Shown piece after piece: positions 1 to 13,348 of a DNA stretch of 64,000 bases. Source of the DNA: Cenococcum geophilum (Eukaryota); NCBI GenBank assembly GCA_050273025.1, contig CP158636.1, positions 7,316,001 through 7,380,000 on the forward strand, read 5' to 3'. A program made the position numbers and the translations under genes. Every line of letters starts with the position of its first letter. Positions within the stretch are counted from its first letter, which is position 1. The notes below the pieces were generated by a model. The model searched no databases. It was not told the DNA's origin and worked only from the letters and a program-made list of their open reading frames with translations.

Positions 1-1453
1 CACGGGAACGTATATAGTACTATTAATATAGTAAGAGAAGCAGTAATTCTTTTTATAGATTTAATTTTTCTCTCCTCTAGCTGCTATAGGGCCTTATAGT
101 AATTATACTTATATATAGCCCGCTCTATAATAAACTAATAATTAATACCCTATAATAGAGGATCCCTTATAATATTTAGGCCTAGCTTATATATCTAACC
201 TATATAAAATAGGGTGTAATAAAAGCCTATATCTAGTATAGAATATAAACTAGGGTAGGTATTAGCAGTATTTAGGAATAGTAGCTATCTTTATATAGGA
301 GAAAATTCTTCTTACTCTATCTATAGCCTACTAGTACATCTTTACTAGGAGTAGGGCGTAGCTAAAATCTACTAGGGTAGAGGAGGAGTAGGAGTAAAAG
401 AAGGAAAAGAAGAAGAAGAAGAAATAAGAGGATTATAAGAACTAGTAGAAATAGGGCGTAGCTCTATTTATTAACCGGTATACGCCTATATCCACTATAA
501 GTTAGTATATATATATTAAAAGAATAAAGGAGAGTAAGAGACTTCTATTAAGTGGTAAAGTAGAAAGACCTAGTTGTAAATATATCTTTCTCCTACTAGG
601 GTTAATCTATTAGCTATTATATAGGCTATTATAGAGGCTATAGCTACCTTTAAACGCGTACGTTTAGCTACTATAAATATCTTTATCTTTTTAAATTATA
701 AGGTATACTTATAATAGAATTTGTATAAAGATTTTATAGGGCTTTATACTTTATATAGAGCTCTATATATAAACTTCCTTAACCCCTAAACTTTATACTA
801 CTCCTTTATAAAACTTAATAGCTCTATATAGCTATAGAGTATATAATTACTACTCCTCTACAATAATGCGTTGCTTAAGGCTATAAAGTAGATATATAGT
901 AGGTAGGGAGAGTCTTCTATAATTCTATAAAGCGATTTTTATAATATTAATAAGGGTAAAAATATTACTATATAAATAGTGCGTAAAATATTAGAGTTAG
1001 TAGTTATTAGTTAAAGTTTTAGTTTAACTTATATTATAAAAAAAAAGATAAAGAATATTAAAATATACTTAGGTAAACTATATAAGGACTTTAGTACCAT
1101 TTAAGAAAGTACTCTCTAAGAGCTTTATAGTAGGAAGGATATATTAGTAAAGAATATAGAAAAAGTAGAAGAAAATAGCGCTATATTAAGGCCTAGGCTA
1201 GTATATAAAAGGTAAAGAATATATATAAGAGGTTAATAAGGATAAGAATAAGAAAGAGAAAGAAAGTAAAGTATAAAAGAATACTAGAAAACTAACTACT
1301 ATAATATAGTAATATATAGACTAATACTAAAGAAATATATATAAAGTATAGGTAAAAAGAAAGTAAGTTATAGAATAGTAATACTATAGAGTAAAATTAC
1401 TTATTATTATTATGATAAGATATTTAGTTACGCTATTATAGCTTTTATTAAGG

Positions 1454-4400
1454 TATATATATATATATATATAAAACTATACTACTATTTAGAGCTAGGT
1501 AAAACCATTCCTTCTACTATTATATAGCCTATATAGCCTCTCTTCTAATTAGTAACTATTAAGTATAAGTAGTTATCTCCTTAAGGCGCTATAGAAAAGC
1601 TATCTTAATATATACTCCTAAGTCCGTCTAATAGGGTATATAGCTATAGCCTAGGTTCCGTTCCTAGCTACTTTAGTTATTTAAATAGGGTATAGGCTAG
1701 CGGCCCGCAAGGCTAGTTATATAGAAGATTAGTAGTAAAGAGGTAGGTATAGAGTAGATAGAATTATAGGGATTTAATATATACTACGTATACTACCGTC
1801 TATTTTATTATCTATAGCTTTATCTATATATAACGGCGCTAAGGCGCGTTATCTACTAACTTCTACTAACTTTTACTATATCCTATAAATACTATAGGCC
1901 TAATAGAGCTACTACTTTTCCTTTTTACTCTTTTACTCTCTAGAATTAAGCTTCTCTATAGCCCCCCTCTCTTAAAGTACTTTTTAACCTCCTCTTTTTA
2001 CCCTAGCTAGCTCCCTAGCTAGTAAGAGGTATAGTAGGAGGTTTATCTATATAAACTAGTCCGCTACTACCTTAGTAGCCTTTAGCTTAGCTAGGAGCTC
2101 TCTATATAAGAATATTCTAATATAGTAATATATTTTTGTCTAGCTAGCAATATACCAAAGGTAGAATACTGCTATATATATTATTAATTGTTAGTTATAG
2201 CCATATAGGTAGGCTAGAGTTAGGTATTCTAGTACTTTTATATAGTAGAGGTATCTATTAAGCCCTATATACTTAGTTCTAAGTAGTATATTAATTATAC
2301 TCTTTACCTTTATAAGCCTTATATAGTAAGTAAGTATACTTTAGTACTTTTTATATTTCCTTTTCTACTACTTCTTAAATGCCTTTTATACCCTAGCCCT
2401 TCTACTCTTTATATACTATACTTTAGATAGGTTTACTAACTATATATCTATTTCTAAGATAGTAGCCACTATCCTCTTAAGCTTATCTTATTTAATAGGC
2501 TATATTAGTAGCTTTATTCTAGGTTAGAGCTAGTAGGCTATTATAGCTTATATAGTATTATACTCTCTTTTAATATACTCTCTTACTAGCTCCTCCTATA
2601 TTCTCTTTATATAAGCTATAGCTAGCTTTTTAAGTATATTTAGAGTGGTAAAAACCCTATCTTATACTTATGCACTACTATTAATATTAATTTATACGCC
2701 CCTATAATAGTATAGAGGTATAGGTTCTACGCTACGTTTAGCTAGTATAGCTTAGTTTTACTTATCTCCTTAGGCTTTATCTACTCTAGTAGTAAATACT
2801 AGGTACTATATCCGTGTAATATTACTAGCTATACTATAGTAGAGTATACTATCCGCGCCTTTTAAAAGGAGGCGCTCTATATAAAGGCTATAAGCTAGGT
2901 TAGTACGGCTGTTTAGGTAATTATATTTACCTTAATAATATTAATATATAGTCCCTATTTAAGCTTTAAGTTAATATATACCCCTAGTACGCATAGGTTA
3001 CTAACTAGTCCTTCTATAAAGCCATATATATTAACTATAGCCTTTATATTAAACTTCTTATAGCTTCTTATAAAGTAAATAAGGTAGTACTTTTTAAGGG
3101 TAAATACTACCCTATACTAGTGTGTTTATATTATATATACTTTATATACTATTTCTAGGGCTCTATAGTTCTTCTCTATAGTTTTACTATATATTAGTAT
3201 ATTAAAGTTATTAATAAACCTAAACGCTATAGTAGTGCCCCCTTATAGCTCTAGTAGAAGCGTATAAGTAAAGAAGAGGAATAGGATTAGTAATAGCGCT
3301 AAGCCTTAGAGTATACTAGTATTTATCTATATTATTTATACTATATATCCTCTAATTAAGAGCGTTATTATTTAATCCTTAAGAAAGGACTTTATAAACT
3401 ATACTATCTAGTAGGGTATAGCCTAGGCCTTTATATTATAGATTATTCTTTTATAGAAGACTTAGTTAAAGGCCTTAGAAATATTAAAGCTAAGTAATAA
3501 GGCTATTAGGCTTAAATTACTCCTCTATACTATATATACCTATTAGGTTAGTAGCTCTAGCGCTATTTATATTAAGCGCCCTAGCCTTACTACTATTTAA
3601 CTAGCTAGTAGTATACCTATTTCTTTTATAATTCTAAATATCTAGCCGGCCCCTATTCTCTTAAGTAGTTTCCTAATAGTATTAAGTAGCGTAGTTAGCT
3701 AGTAGGCCTTTACTATAGTAAAGAACGGCTTTTATAGTTTTTAGAGAACTATTATAATAGAGTTTTTAAACGGCTTTAGGTAATATCTAATTACTATATA
3801 GCTACTAAAGAGCTTAGCTAGTACTAGGGCTAGCTACTCTCTATATATCTTAAGGAATTAATTAGTAACCTTCTTTAGGCCTAGGGCCTTATTAGGGGTA
3901 AGCCCCCTTAAGGCTATAATAATATCCTTTTCCTTAACTACTTTATTTACTATTTATAGCTCTAGGTATATAAAACCTAGTATATTACTAAGGTTCACCT
4001 CTATAAGTAGTAGAAAGAACTACTCTATAAAGATGGTAGCTATTTTTTATTATTATAGTATAGGGTCTTCTCTCCTAGTCTACTAATAAAAGGGAACTAT
4101 AGTAGGGCCTTTAGCTTCCTATCCGCTATATACGCCTATTTTACTATTCTTTATACTCCTTTAGGGTCTTTTATTAACTTCTTAATAGTATACCTCTATA
4201 GTTTATTAGCCTCTTACTACATTACCATTTTCTTCTTATTATATATAACTCTATAGTTAATCTAGTTAAGTATTAACTAAGAGGCCTTCTACGCCTAGAA
4301 GACTTATTAGGTTTTCTTTATCTTCTCTATATATTCCTTTAACTACACTTTAAAGGCTTATAGTAAGGGCTATACGCTAGGTACTATCTTTACTATAGTA

Positions 4401-6490
4401 TTCTTAATTACCTAGTATATAGCCTCTACTAACGCGTCTAGTTCGTCTTTTATATTATATAGAAAACTATATAAAGATTAGAGCTAGCTCTTTAGCTTAC
4501 TCTATACTACCTTCTAATTAGCCTTCTTCTATAGCAGTTTCCTAGGTAGTAAAGGCCCCTTTAGCGCCTCTATATCTACTTTTATAGTAATAAAAAAGTA
4601 GTTATACTCTCTATACTAATAGTTCTACCTTTAACTTTATAGTAGTTTATTAGTAATCTAAGGGGAAATATATACTAGATTTAGCGTACTCTTTAATATA
4701 CCCTTTACCTATATCTTTATATCTACCTTAGTAGCTAGGCTTAGGCTAGCTGCCGCTATAGTGTAGATAAGGTTATCCGCTATATTATTAACGCTTATTA
4801 CTACTATACCCTATTAAAAGGGGTAGTATAGATTAAAATCTCCTAATAGTATATATTCTCCTTTAACTCTTAGTAGTTCTAGTAGTATATAAAGGCTACT
4901 ATTTATCTATTAGGGGTTATAAATATTATAAATTTAAATAGTCCACTTATGGCCCTCTAGCTTAATTATATATATATTTATTAAGTAGTATATAGGAGCC
5001 TACTTATTTATATAGAAATAGACTCTTATATTACTAACTCCCATATATACTAGATAGTAAGACTTTATAATATATATTATATTTCCTTAATCCTTCTACT
5101 ATAGCTCTTAGATAGCTAGTATATCTAGCTAGGGGTTTACCTACTCTACCTCCTATAGGAGGTAGAGTAGTACGCTATTACTAGTATTACTAATATTATA
5201 CTATATAATTATAAGTAGTTTTTAGTATCCTAATATAAGAGATTTATACTACCCTCTAAGTTAGCTAAGTTAGTACCCTTTAGCGTTTGTTTACTCCCTT
5301 ATAATATAGTTTTAAAGCCTTTAAATACCTCTTTTTAAATCTAGGCTTCTACTTCTACTTTTATATTAAGCTTTATATTTAATAGAGGCTCCTAAGTTAC
5401 TAGGACTTAAATTAGAGGGGTTTTTTTTATAGCCTTTTTCCTTCTTAATAATCTATAGCCGGCTAACCTATTAGGGGACCTTCTCTACCTATATAGTACT
5501 CTCCTATATAGCTATCTCCTTTAGCTTTCTTTTCTTAGTTTATTATAGGGCCTCTTTAGTAGTAATCTTATACTATAGTTATAACTACTATCCGCTTATA
5601 TACGCCTTATAGATACTAGCGTAGTATATTAGCGTAAAGGCTCTAATTACTATAGCCTTCTCTTACTATATTTACTTAACGCTATACGCCCTACTTTATA
5701 CTTTATAGTCTATCTTATAGTTAATATACTTCTTAGTTAGGTCTCCTATACACTCGCTAGTATTATATTACCTAGCGTAGTATCTATATCTAGCCTCTCT
5801 TCTATAGCTTTTAGCTATATAGTTAAAGCCCTAGTATTTAAAGTACTACATTACTAGAAATGTCGTCTTATACCTTATAACTAGGTAGTAGCCTCCTTCT
5901 AGGAAGAGGCCCTAATTAAATAGTATATTTACTATCTCTTTTAACTATACGCCTATAATAAGCGACAATTTAATCTTTTTTTCCGTCTAGACTCTTTCTA
6001 GCCCTTTTTACGCTAGCCTTTCTACTATAAGCCCCGCTATAGTATATTCTACTTTATAATATCCTTTATTATCTACTTTACCCCTAGGCCCTAAATAGTC
6101 ACGCTTATAGGTACCACGTAGACCTTTATTAGTACTAGCGGTATAGCTAGTATAGTAGAGCGCCCTAGGACCTTTATCTACCCTATTTCTTATAATAACC
6201 TATCTTTTATATCTTTATCCATAACGTACACCCTAATATTACTACTCTATAACTTCTTTATAGCCCTATATTTTATAGGTATCTAGGGGTTTTATAGCTT
6301 AAAGCTTATATACTAGGGCTTAGCTATTCTACTTTAAGGTTTCCTTTTAGTTAGCAGCGTCGCCTATATGGATTATAATCTTATATACTTCTATAGGTTT
6401 ATAGGTAACTTATCTTATAGCTTAGGGTATTATAAGAATAGTAGTAGTAATATATATATATAAAGCGGACCTATAAATACCGGTTTACTT
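1454..6490 (-). mobile_element. RIP-degraded Tad/CgT1-like LINE (gag ORF1 + APE endonuclease-RT-Zn knuckle ORF2)
   Basis: Manual minus-strand translation shows gag CCHC knuckles at ~5680-5860 (YFKY*GFNYIAKSY = CFKCQGFDHVAKSC). Endonuclease motifs are DILAI*EL* (~5110) and YILLGDFNLYYP (~4830-4860). RT motifs are NKALGL/KAPGP (~3890), SFNISKAFN (~3480), IL*GLALLLILF (PQGS, ~3300) and FINN (FVDD, ~3215). A C-terminal C-x-C...H...C lies at ~2160-2220, and a (TA)n tail at 1454-1472. The 5' end is approximate. Confidence 0.9.
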
Positions 6491-7208
6491 TTTATAGCTA
6501 TTATTACGGCCCTTTAGAGGCGCTAATAGTATATTATTTCTAGGTTCCTTAAGCCTAGATAAGCTCTGCTAATATAATAAAGGCTACTTAAAGGGTTATA
6601 ATTATGGTTGTAAGGAAGGAGAATATAGTAGTATACTCTTTATTTATATTAAGAGATTATTTCTATAGTACCTACTAGGTTTATTTTATAGCTTATATAG
6701 TTTATAGAACACATTCTTAAAGGGTGCGCTATTTAATTAAGGTTATTAAGGTTAGGGGCTTATTTATTTATTATAATCTAGCTTTAGGGGCTATATACTA
6801 GAAAATACTATATATACCTCTACTAATACTAAATTAGGGTATATATTATTGATAGAAAGGGTTTCTATAGTTCTTTAAAGCTTATATAAACTCTATTAGG
6901 GTTATTTTAAAGGTTTCTTTATTAGGCAATTATATCGTAAGTTTATTACTATTAGGGTAATAGTAAAAAAGACTAAGTAGTATACTAGAGTTAGTAGTTA
7001 TAAATAATTATATTATTAAGAAAATAAATAAAAAGTTTATATAGTAGCTTTAAAAGTAGTAAAAGAACTCTTTTACTATAGCTATATAGGCTATAGCTTA
7101 TACGATTACTTTATAAGATACTATAAGGGCCTTAGAAATAATTCTTAATAGGTTATTATATAGTCTATATAAGTAGAGGATAAAAAAGAGCTAAATAGAT
7201 TAAGTTGT

Positions 7209-9073
7209 TGTCGGTATTACCCAAGTGCACTTAATTGGCCTATTAACTGTTAAATTAATTCTTGTCTAATAGGTGTTAAAAGCAAAGGATTATAAGGATT
7301 GCAGTGCCTAAGTAAGGGGCTAATAAGTCACTATAAGGATAACTAATTAAAGACGTAACCATATAACCTCTATCCATACATTCCTGTCCATATATTCCAA
7401 CACTAGCAGTTTTTTCTTTATGCTTGTAGTGCTGTAGAAAGGTAGCAAAACAGTAAGGCAGCAAGGTATTGGTTTAGCTAGAGGTAAAAGGCAGTATAAG
7501 GTAATAGTGGTACTGCAGGTAGAGTAGTAGTTATTAATTATATTACTATAAATGGAGCAGTAGAAGTTAATTGTAGTGCTGTAGGAAGGCAGTAAGGTAA
7601 TAGTTTAGCTGTAGGTAAAAGCAGCAAAAGTCTATTTGGGTAGTAGTACGGTACTAGCGGCGGTAGTAATAGTGGTTAAGTATAAAGCTTATCTATTAGT
7701 CAGTTAGTTAATTGTAGGCGTATTAGCGCGATTAGTATTATAATAGCAGGCATAGCGGCGCTATTAGTTTATTAATAGTATGTAGCAGTATGGTGCTAGC
7801 GTAGAGTTGGTTCTATAGGCAGATCAGCATAAGATTTTATTAGGTTTGTAGCTGCCGTAGACACTAGTAGATTTAAGAGGGCAGAGGATAGGGAGCGCGC
7901 TGGCGTGTTAGCAGGTCTTAATTCCTCTGGCAGTTCTTTCTTTATGCGTAAAGCCACTAATATAAACTCTATTAATGTAGTTTTTATAGCTTATAAAGGC
8001 CGTAAAGGGGGGGGGAGAGCGCGCTGGCGTTATGGGCGCGCTATTAGATGTAGTATTTAACGTAGTAGAGCCACTAGGATTGTAGCAGAGTATTAAGCTT
8101 ATAGGAATAGCGTGCTAGCAGAACTTTAAGAGTCTAGTAAAGCTAAAATTATTATAAAATAAGGGCGCGCTAGTAACTGCTGCGAATGCTAACAAAGGAG
8201 TAGGGGGGCTGGAGAGCGCGTTATTAACGTGATTTCGATATAGTAGGGTATCAAGCTTATATAGGGTGCTCTTCTAGAGCTAGTTGCTTCTAGTAAAGCT
8301 AGGTACTTTAGTGCTGCTAATGCTGCTAGATTATAGGATACTGCTATAACGCTACTAGGTTGCTATAACGCTAAAGTACTATATAAGGCTGTTAGATATT
8401 AATTTATATACTAAGACGCGTACTAGGTAATAGTTTACTGCTAGGTTATATTATTACACTAGGTTACTGCGTAAAGCTATTAGGTATTAGGTACTGCGCG
8501 AGGCTATTAGGTTGCTATAACGCTAGATACTATATAAGCTAGTATACTATATAAGTGCTGCATAAGTGCTGCTAAGGTAGCTACTAAGGTAGCTACTAAT
8601 AGGGTACTGCCTAAGGGCTATTAAACGTTAGGTGCTATTAAGCTAGTATATAGATAGGCTTAACAAAAAGGTCTACTAGGTGTTAATTTGCGTGCTATAG
8701 AATATCTTATGCGTTATATATTTATATATATTCTAAGCTAGCTAGAATTAGGTGTTACCGAAGCTGCTAGGTACTAGTTTTACTACTAGGTACTAAAGTA
8801 CTGCTTTTAATTAAAGCTGCTAGGGCGGTAGTAAACCTTATTACTCTATAGCCAACTAGTAAGGTTAACTATTAATTAATATCGGTATCACCTAAGTGCA
8901 CTTAATTGGCCTATTAACTATTAAATTAATTCTTATCTAATAGGTGTTAAAAGTAGAGGATTATAAGGATTGTAGTACCTAAGTAAGGGGCTAATAAGTC
9001 ACCGTAAGGATAACTAATTAGAGACGTGACTACGTAACCTCTATCTATATATTCCTATCTATATATTCTAATA
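7209..9073 (-). mobile_element. Small non-autonomous LTR retroelement (TRIM/LARD-like), 194-bp LTRs
   Basis: Direct repeats 7209-7402 (TG...CA) and 8880-9073 differ mainly by transitions. 5-bp TSD GTTGT at 7204-7208 and 9074-9078. No pol in the 1.5-kb interior. Strand is inferred from LTR homology to the 44852-46897 element. Confidence 0.88.
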
Positions 9074-10714
9074 GTTGTAATATAATACTAAATAAAGATA
9101 TTTTAAGGTTAATTAATAAGTAATTAGCTTCTAAAATGCTATAAAACATTAATATAAAGCCTTTTTTTTATCTAAAAATAAAGTTTTATACTATTCTAAT
9201 ACTATATAATACTATATAATAATACTTTACCTATAATTAGGTATTTAGTAAAATTTTAATATTCTAAAATATTATAACCCTATTGCTTATATTTAATTAC
9301 TATAGCTTTATATAAATAAAAGTTATTTAAAGAAATTTAAGACTTTTTATTAAGTAATTCTCTAAATTTTAAGAGACTACTTAAGCACTATAATCCTATA
9401 TAAGTGCCATAAACTAGAGAGGTTTATTAGAATATCCAAGGAAATAAAAGAGGGTATTAAAATTCTTAATAACCTCCAACGCCAGAGAAAAAGACTCTAT
9501 TTTGCAGATTATATAGGAAAATCCTCTAGAAATCTTAGAAAATCTAAGACGTTCTCCTTAGAATAAACTAAGGTAATATATAATTAACTAAAAAGATAAA
9601 AAAACCCTATATTCTCGGTATAACTAAGAATATTAAGCTACTAATCGGAATTAGAATCTTCTGGAAATTTATAAAGAGCTAGTAAAATTTATTAATAAAT
9701 TCCGAGAAAAATAAGCCATTTTATGTACCCAGTTAAAGACTACCCTTAGACTTAATTTTTAAAACCTTCTTTAAGGCAGTAACGCGTGCACCGTTAATAT
9801 TAAGCATCTTATTAGAAAATCCAAGAAGTTAGTTAATTTTATTTAGAAAATAAAAAATATTAGAAAAAACGAGAATTAAATACCTTATCAACTAAAAAAA
9901 CGCTAAAAAAAATCTTAAAAAAGGAAAGAAGGCAAGATCTATATCTGCCAAAGGCCTTAAGCATTCTTTTATTTTTATTAAGGTCAGAATTTCCCTAAAA
10001 AAAGTTAGTTTTATTAAAATATATAAGAAATAAACTAGATTTCTTACCTCTTAAAGCCCTTTCTTTATACACCAGAGCTCCAGAATAGATTTCTAGGTAA
10101 AGTAAGAAATTATATTACTATTATCGGAATTTTTAATAATATACTTCGTAGTTATAGCTATAAGGAAGTGTATTACGTTCCTCAGTACCATTAATCGCCT
10201 TTTTAGGCATACGCTAAAAAATATTAAATTAATTATTTTTTGTCTAAAAAATAGCAAAAAACTTACTGCATTCTAGACGCGATAGGTATAGCATCTAGGA
10301 TCTATATCCTTATGTCCCCAGAAACCAGCCCTAAAATATTAGAAAAACCAAGAAAAAATATAATCTTTCTCACCTTAACTTCTCCTTAAGGTCTTTGTCT
10401 TATTGCTTTTAGATAAAATTAGCATATTCTTAAAGCCACTAAGAAAAAAATATACCTTTAAGGGCTTTCCTAATAACTATCTTTTCTTATATATAGCCTT
10501 ATTAGCAGCAGCAATTATAGCAGCACTGGCAGATCTAATACCCAAAATTTAAAATAATTATCAGAAAAAATAAGAAAAAATAAGAAAAAATAAAAAATAA
10601 AGAGAAAAAATATTAGTAAATAAAGCAATAGGCTGTATATTAAATAATTCTTCCTAGTAAGAAAGGAAGCCTAAGATGTTAGAAAATCTAATAATTAAGT
10701 AATTAATAGGGTAG

Positions 10715-10928
10715 AAAACCAAGAAATAAATTTCCTAAAAAGTTTTAAAAATTGGAAACGTTAATTTAAAGCCAATATATCAAAATAACCAAGAAATTAG
10801 TAAGCGGTATAATATAAAACCGAGAAACAAATTTCCCAAAAATTTTTGAAAATTTAAATTGTTAATTTAAAGCTAATATGTTAAAATAACTAAGAAACTG
10901 GTAAGCGGTATAATATAAAACCGAGAAA
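10715..10928. repeat. 101-bp tandem repeat, ~2 copies
   Basis: The unit AAAACC(A/G)AGAAA...TAAGCGGTATAATAT recurs at 10715, 10816 and 10917. Confidence 0.85.
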
Positions 10929-11189
10929 AGAAAAAATAAATCTTTATTAATTTAAAAATATAGTTCCAAAGGCCTTTTTTTTCTGAAAATACATAAAAAT
11001 TATATAACTTAAAAAATTACTTACTTGGGAAGCATATTAGATGCTCTATAAGAGCTATTAGATTGAAAATCTAGTATATAAGTTAGTTTATAACGTATAT
11101 AGCTAATATAAAGCTCTAGCTTACTAGATATTCGCTTATTAATTAAGCAATAGGGTGTTAAAGGTTAACGGGTCAATTGAGAGTGAAGA

Positions 11190-13245
11190 TATCTTGGGCG
11201 CCAAGACCTCGCGTATGCTAGGCCGTTTCGGGCCTGGCGCCCCAACCGTCCGCGCCTGGACGGTTACTATCTGAGAAGAAGCTCTCTGAGGTTTGTCTGC
11301 GCTAGCAGGGAGGGTGGCCGACCCGCACTGGCCATACCCTTGTCGAGTGGCGTTGGGATAGGAGAAGAGAACTTTTAAAAAAGGATATTTATTTCGGACA
11401 TTCTTTTAATTAAATCCTAGTCTTTTATTTATCTAGTTCCCGCTATAAGGCGGCTCCTGTGGCCTACCGAATAAAGCCCTAAAGCCCTAATGGTTACTTT
11501 AACTCCTGAACGCGTATTGGTAACACCACCTCTAGCCACACCAGCAGCTCTACTAAGAGGACATATAAGGAAACCAAGCGCAAAGGCGCTAGAGGCCCAG
11601 CAGTCACTAAAAACACAAATAATCACGCCACAATTAACGCAGAATGGACTACCCCTATTCCCTACCGTAAGCGTCTCCGTCTTACCTAAACGCAAAAGAA
11701 GAAGTACTAACTTAAAGGAAATCGCGAGGCTTATCACAAATTTAAAAGAAATTATAATATAGTAGAGCAGCGTTATTATAAACTAGAATAGTATTATTAA
11801 AAGCGTCTAAGACAACTTTATAGAGATCTACTTAAAATAGTAGAGCCTTAAGAGCTAATACGCTAAACTCTAGGAGGAGATCCGTTCTCTCCAAACGTAG
11901 TTTAATAATTTTTTAGCATTGCCTCTATTAACACAATTATAGGCGTTAGTTACGGCTAGTAGAGGCATAACGGGATTAGGGATAACTCTTTCGCGAATAA
12001 TAAGCACTAAGAACCCTTATAAGGAGCCTAACAGTTAACTAGTAATTAATATCAGCTAAGCGGAATAGGGAGTAATAGAGAAGGTAGCAAATATAGAGGT
12101 AGCAAAATAAACCATTATATAGGGCATAAGTAATATTAAAAGACTTATAGGGGCTACAATTAAGGACTTCTAAGTATGGCGAGCGAACGATAATACGAGC
12201 GTTATTAAATTCTCGGTAGAAAAGGATAAAGAGGCCGCGTTCCGGCAGATAATTACTTAGTAGCTTAAACCGTATATTCCTAGGGCTAGGCTTATTAGAC
12301 CTAAGTAGTATATAGTTAAAGCGGACTAGGTTAAAGTGGCTCTAGCGATAGATATAGATAGTAGGAAAGTAAGTAAGTTAGCTATAGAGCAGTTTAGGGT
12401 AGAGAATAGGGTAGAGGTATATATAATAAGATGGCTTAGAAGACTAAGGCCTAGCGGCTAGCACGCGTTAGTAGTAGTTAAGGTAGCGACAAAGGAGGAC
12501 GTAGAGAAGCTTCTTAGGATAGACAGTATATCGTTTAGTGGGAGTGCGATTATAGTGTCGCTATTTAAAAAGCGACGCATTTTAGTGGCATATTTTAAAT
12601 ATAAAAGGTTTAGATATAGAGCTAGAGACTATATATAACCTAATATATGCGATATATATAGCTAGGAAGGCTATCTCCAGTATAAAACAGTAAACCTACG
12701 CTGCGTAAACTGCTAGGGCCTATACCAAGCCTTATACTATAAGTGCCCAGCATATAGGAAAGAGAAGGACAGGATTTTTACAATTTAGTAGTATGGGTAA
12801 CCGGGTCCCTATCCTTATCCTCCGTTAAATTTTATTTTAGATCTCGCCTTAATATACAATTACCGCCGCCCTCTTAACCTACTTATTAGTATTAGGCCGT
12901 TTAAGAATAATATAACTTAGTAAACTGCTACTAAGGGAAGCAGCTATTATAGTTATCGGTAATAGTGGCTAGAGAGGCGCTCTTTAAGGGTAAAGGCGGA
13001 TACGGGTAGGTTATAGGATGGAATTTCAACATATATATATACTCTTTATCTCTTAGGTTTATATACTCTCTCTTTATTTCCTATATTAATTACAGCGTTA
13101 AAGGAAGGAGAAATAGCTCTTATAGTTGGCTACTAAATTAAAGCCGGTATAATTTGTGTCAGTTTACTCTAGTTAGCGCTTAGTAACGGCCTATACCTAA
13201 GTTAAACGGTATATAGCTATAATAAAACATATATATATATATACA
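11190..13245 (+). mobile_element. Non-autonomous gag-only LINE derivative (5'UTR + ORF1 + 3'UTR/tail, no ORF2)
   Basis: GC-rich structured leader. RIP-broken ORF1 at ~11490-12800 with a coiled coil and three CCHC knuckles (12590-12755, de-RIP CFKCKRFGHRARDC...CDICGQEGH...CVNCQGPH...C). The 3' end (GGCCTATACC...TATAGCTATAATA + (ATAY)n) is homologous to the LINE ends at 17140-17260 and 34650-34752. Confidence 0.82.
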
Positions 13246-13260
13246 TACGTTTTTAAGGCG

Positions 13261-13348
13261 GCCCGCGAAGCCCTACTATACGCGTCCATGTCGCCGCGGG
13301 TAGAAACATTATCTAGAATCCGTTCCTCTTAATAGCTAAGTGTAGAGG
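13261..13348 (+). ncRNA. HDV-like self-cleaving ribozyme (RIP-damaged)
   Basis: P1 GCCCGCG(13261-67)/CGCGGGT(13295-301) with a G.U first pair. P2 CTATAC(13276-81)/GTGTAG(13340-45). P3 GCG/CGC. L3 TCCATGT. AG at the P1.1 position (GG before RIP). P4 CATTA...TAATA. J4/2 GCTAA with the candidate catalytic C at 13336. Confidence 0.85.

Noticed and set aside
1..1450. Possible intron-containing gene remnant on minus
   Set aside because: RIP saturation is too high to support any product call.
1436..6509. 18-bp TSD for the left LINE (TTATAGCTTTTATTAAGG / TTATAGCTATTATTACGG)
   Set aside because: The two mismatches are transversions and the context is very AT-rich, so it was used only as a rough boundary hint.
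11299..11357. Twister ribozyme (GAGGG plus CCC-loop hairpin)
   Set aside because: The element order fits no twister permutation, and the UAA cleavage loop is absent.
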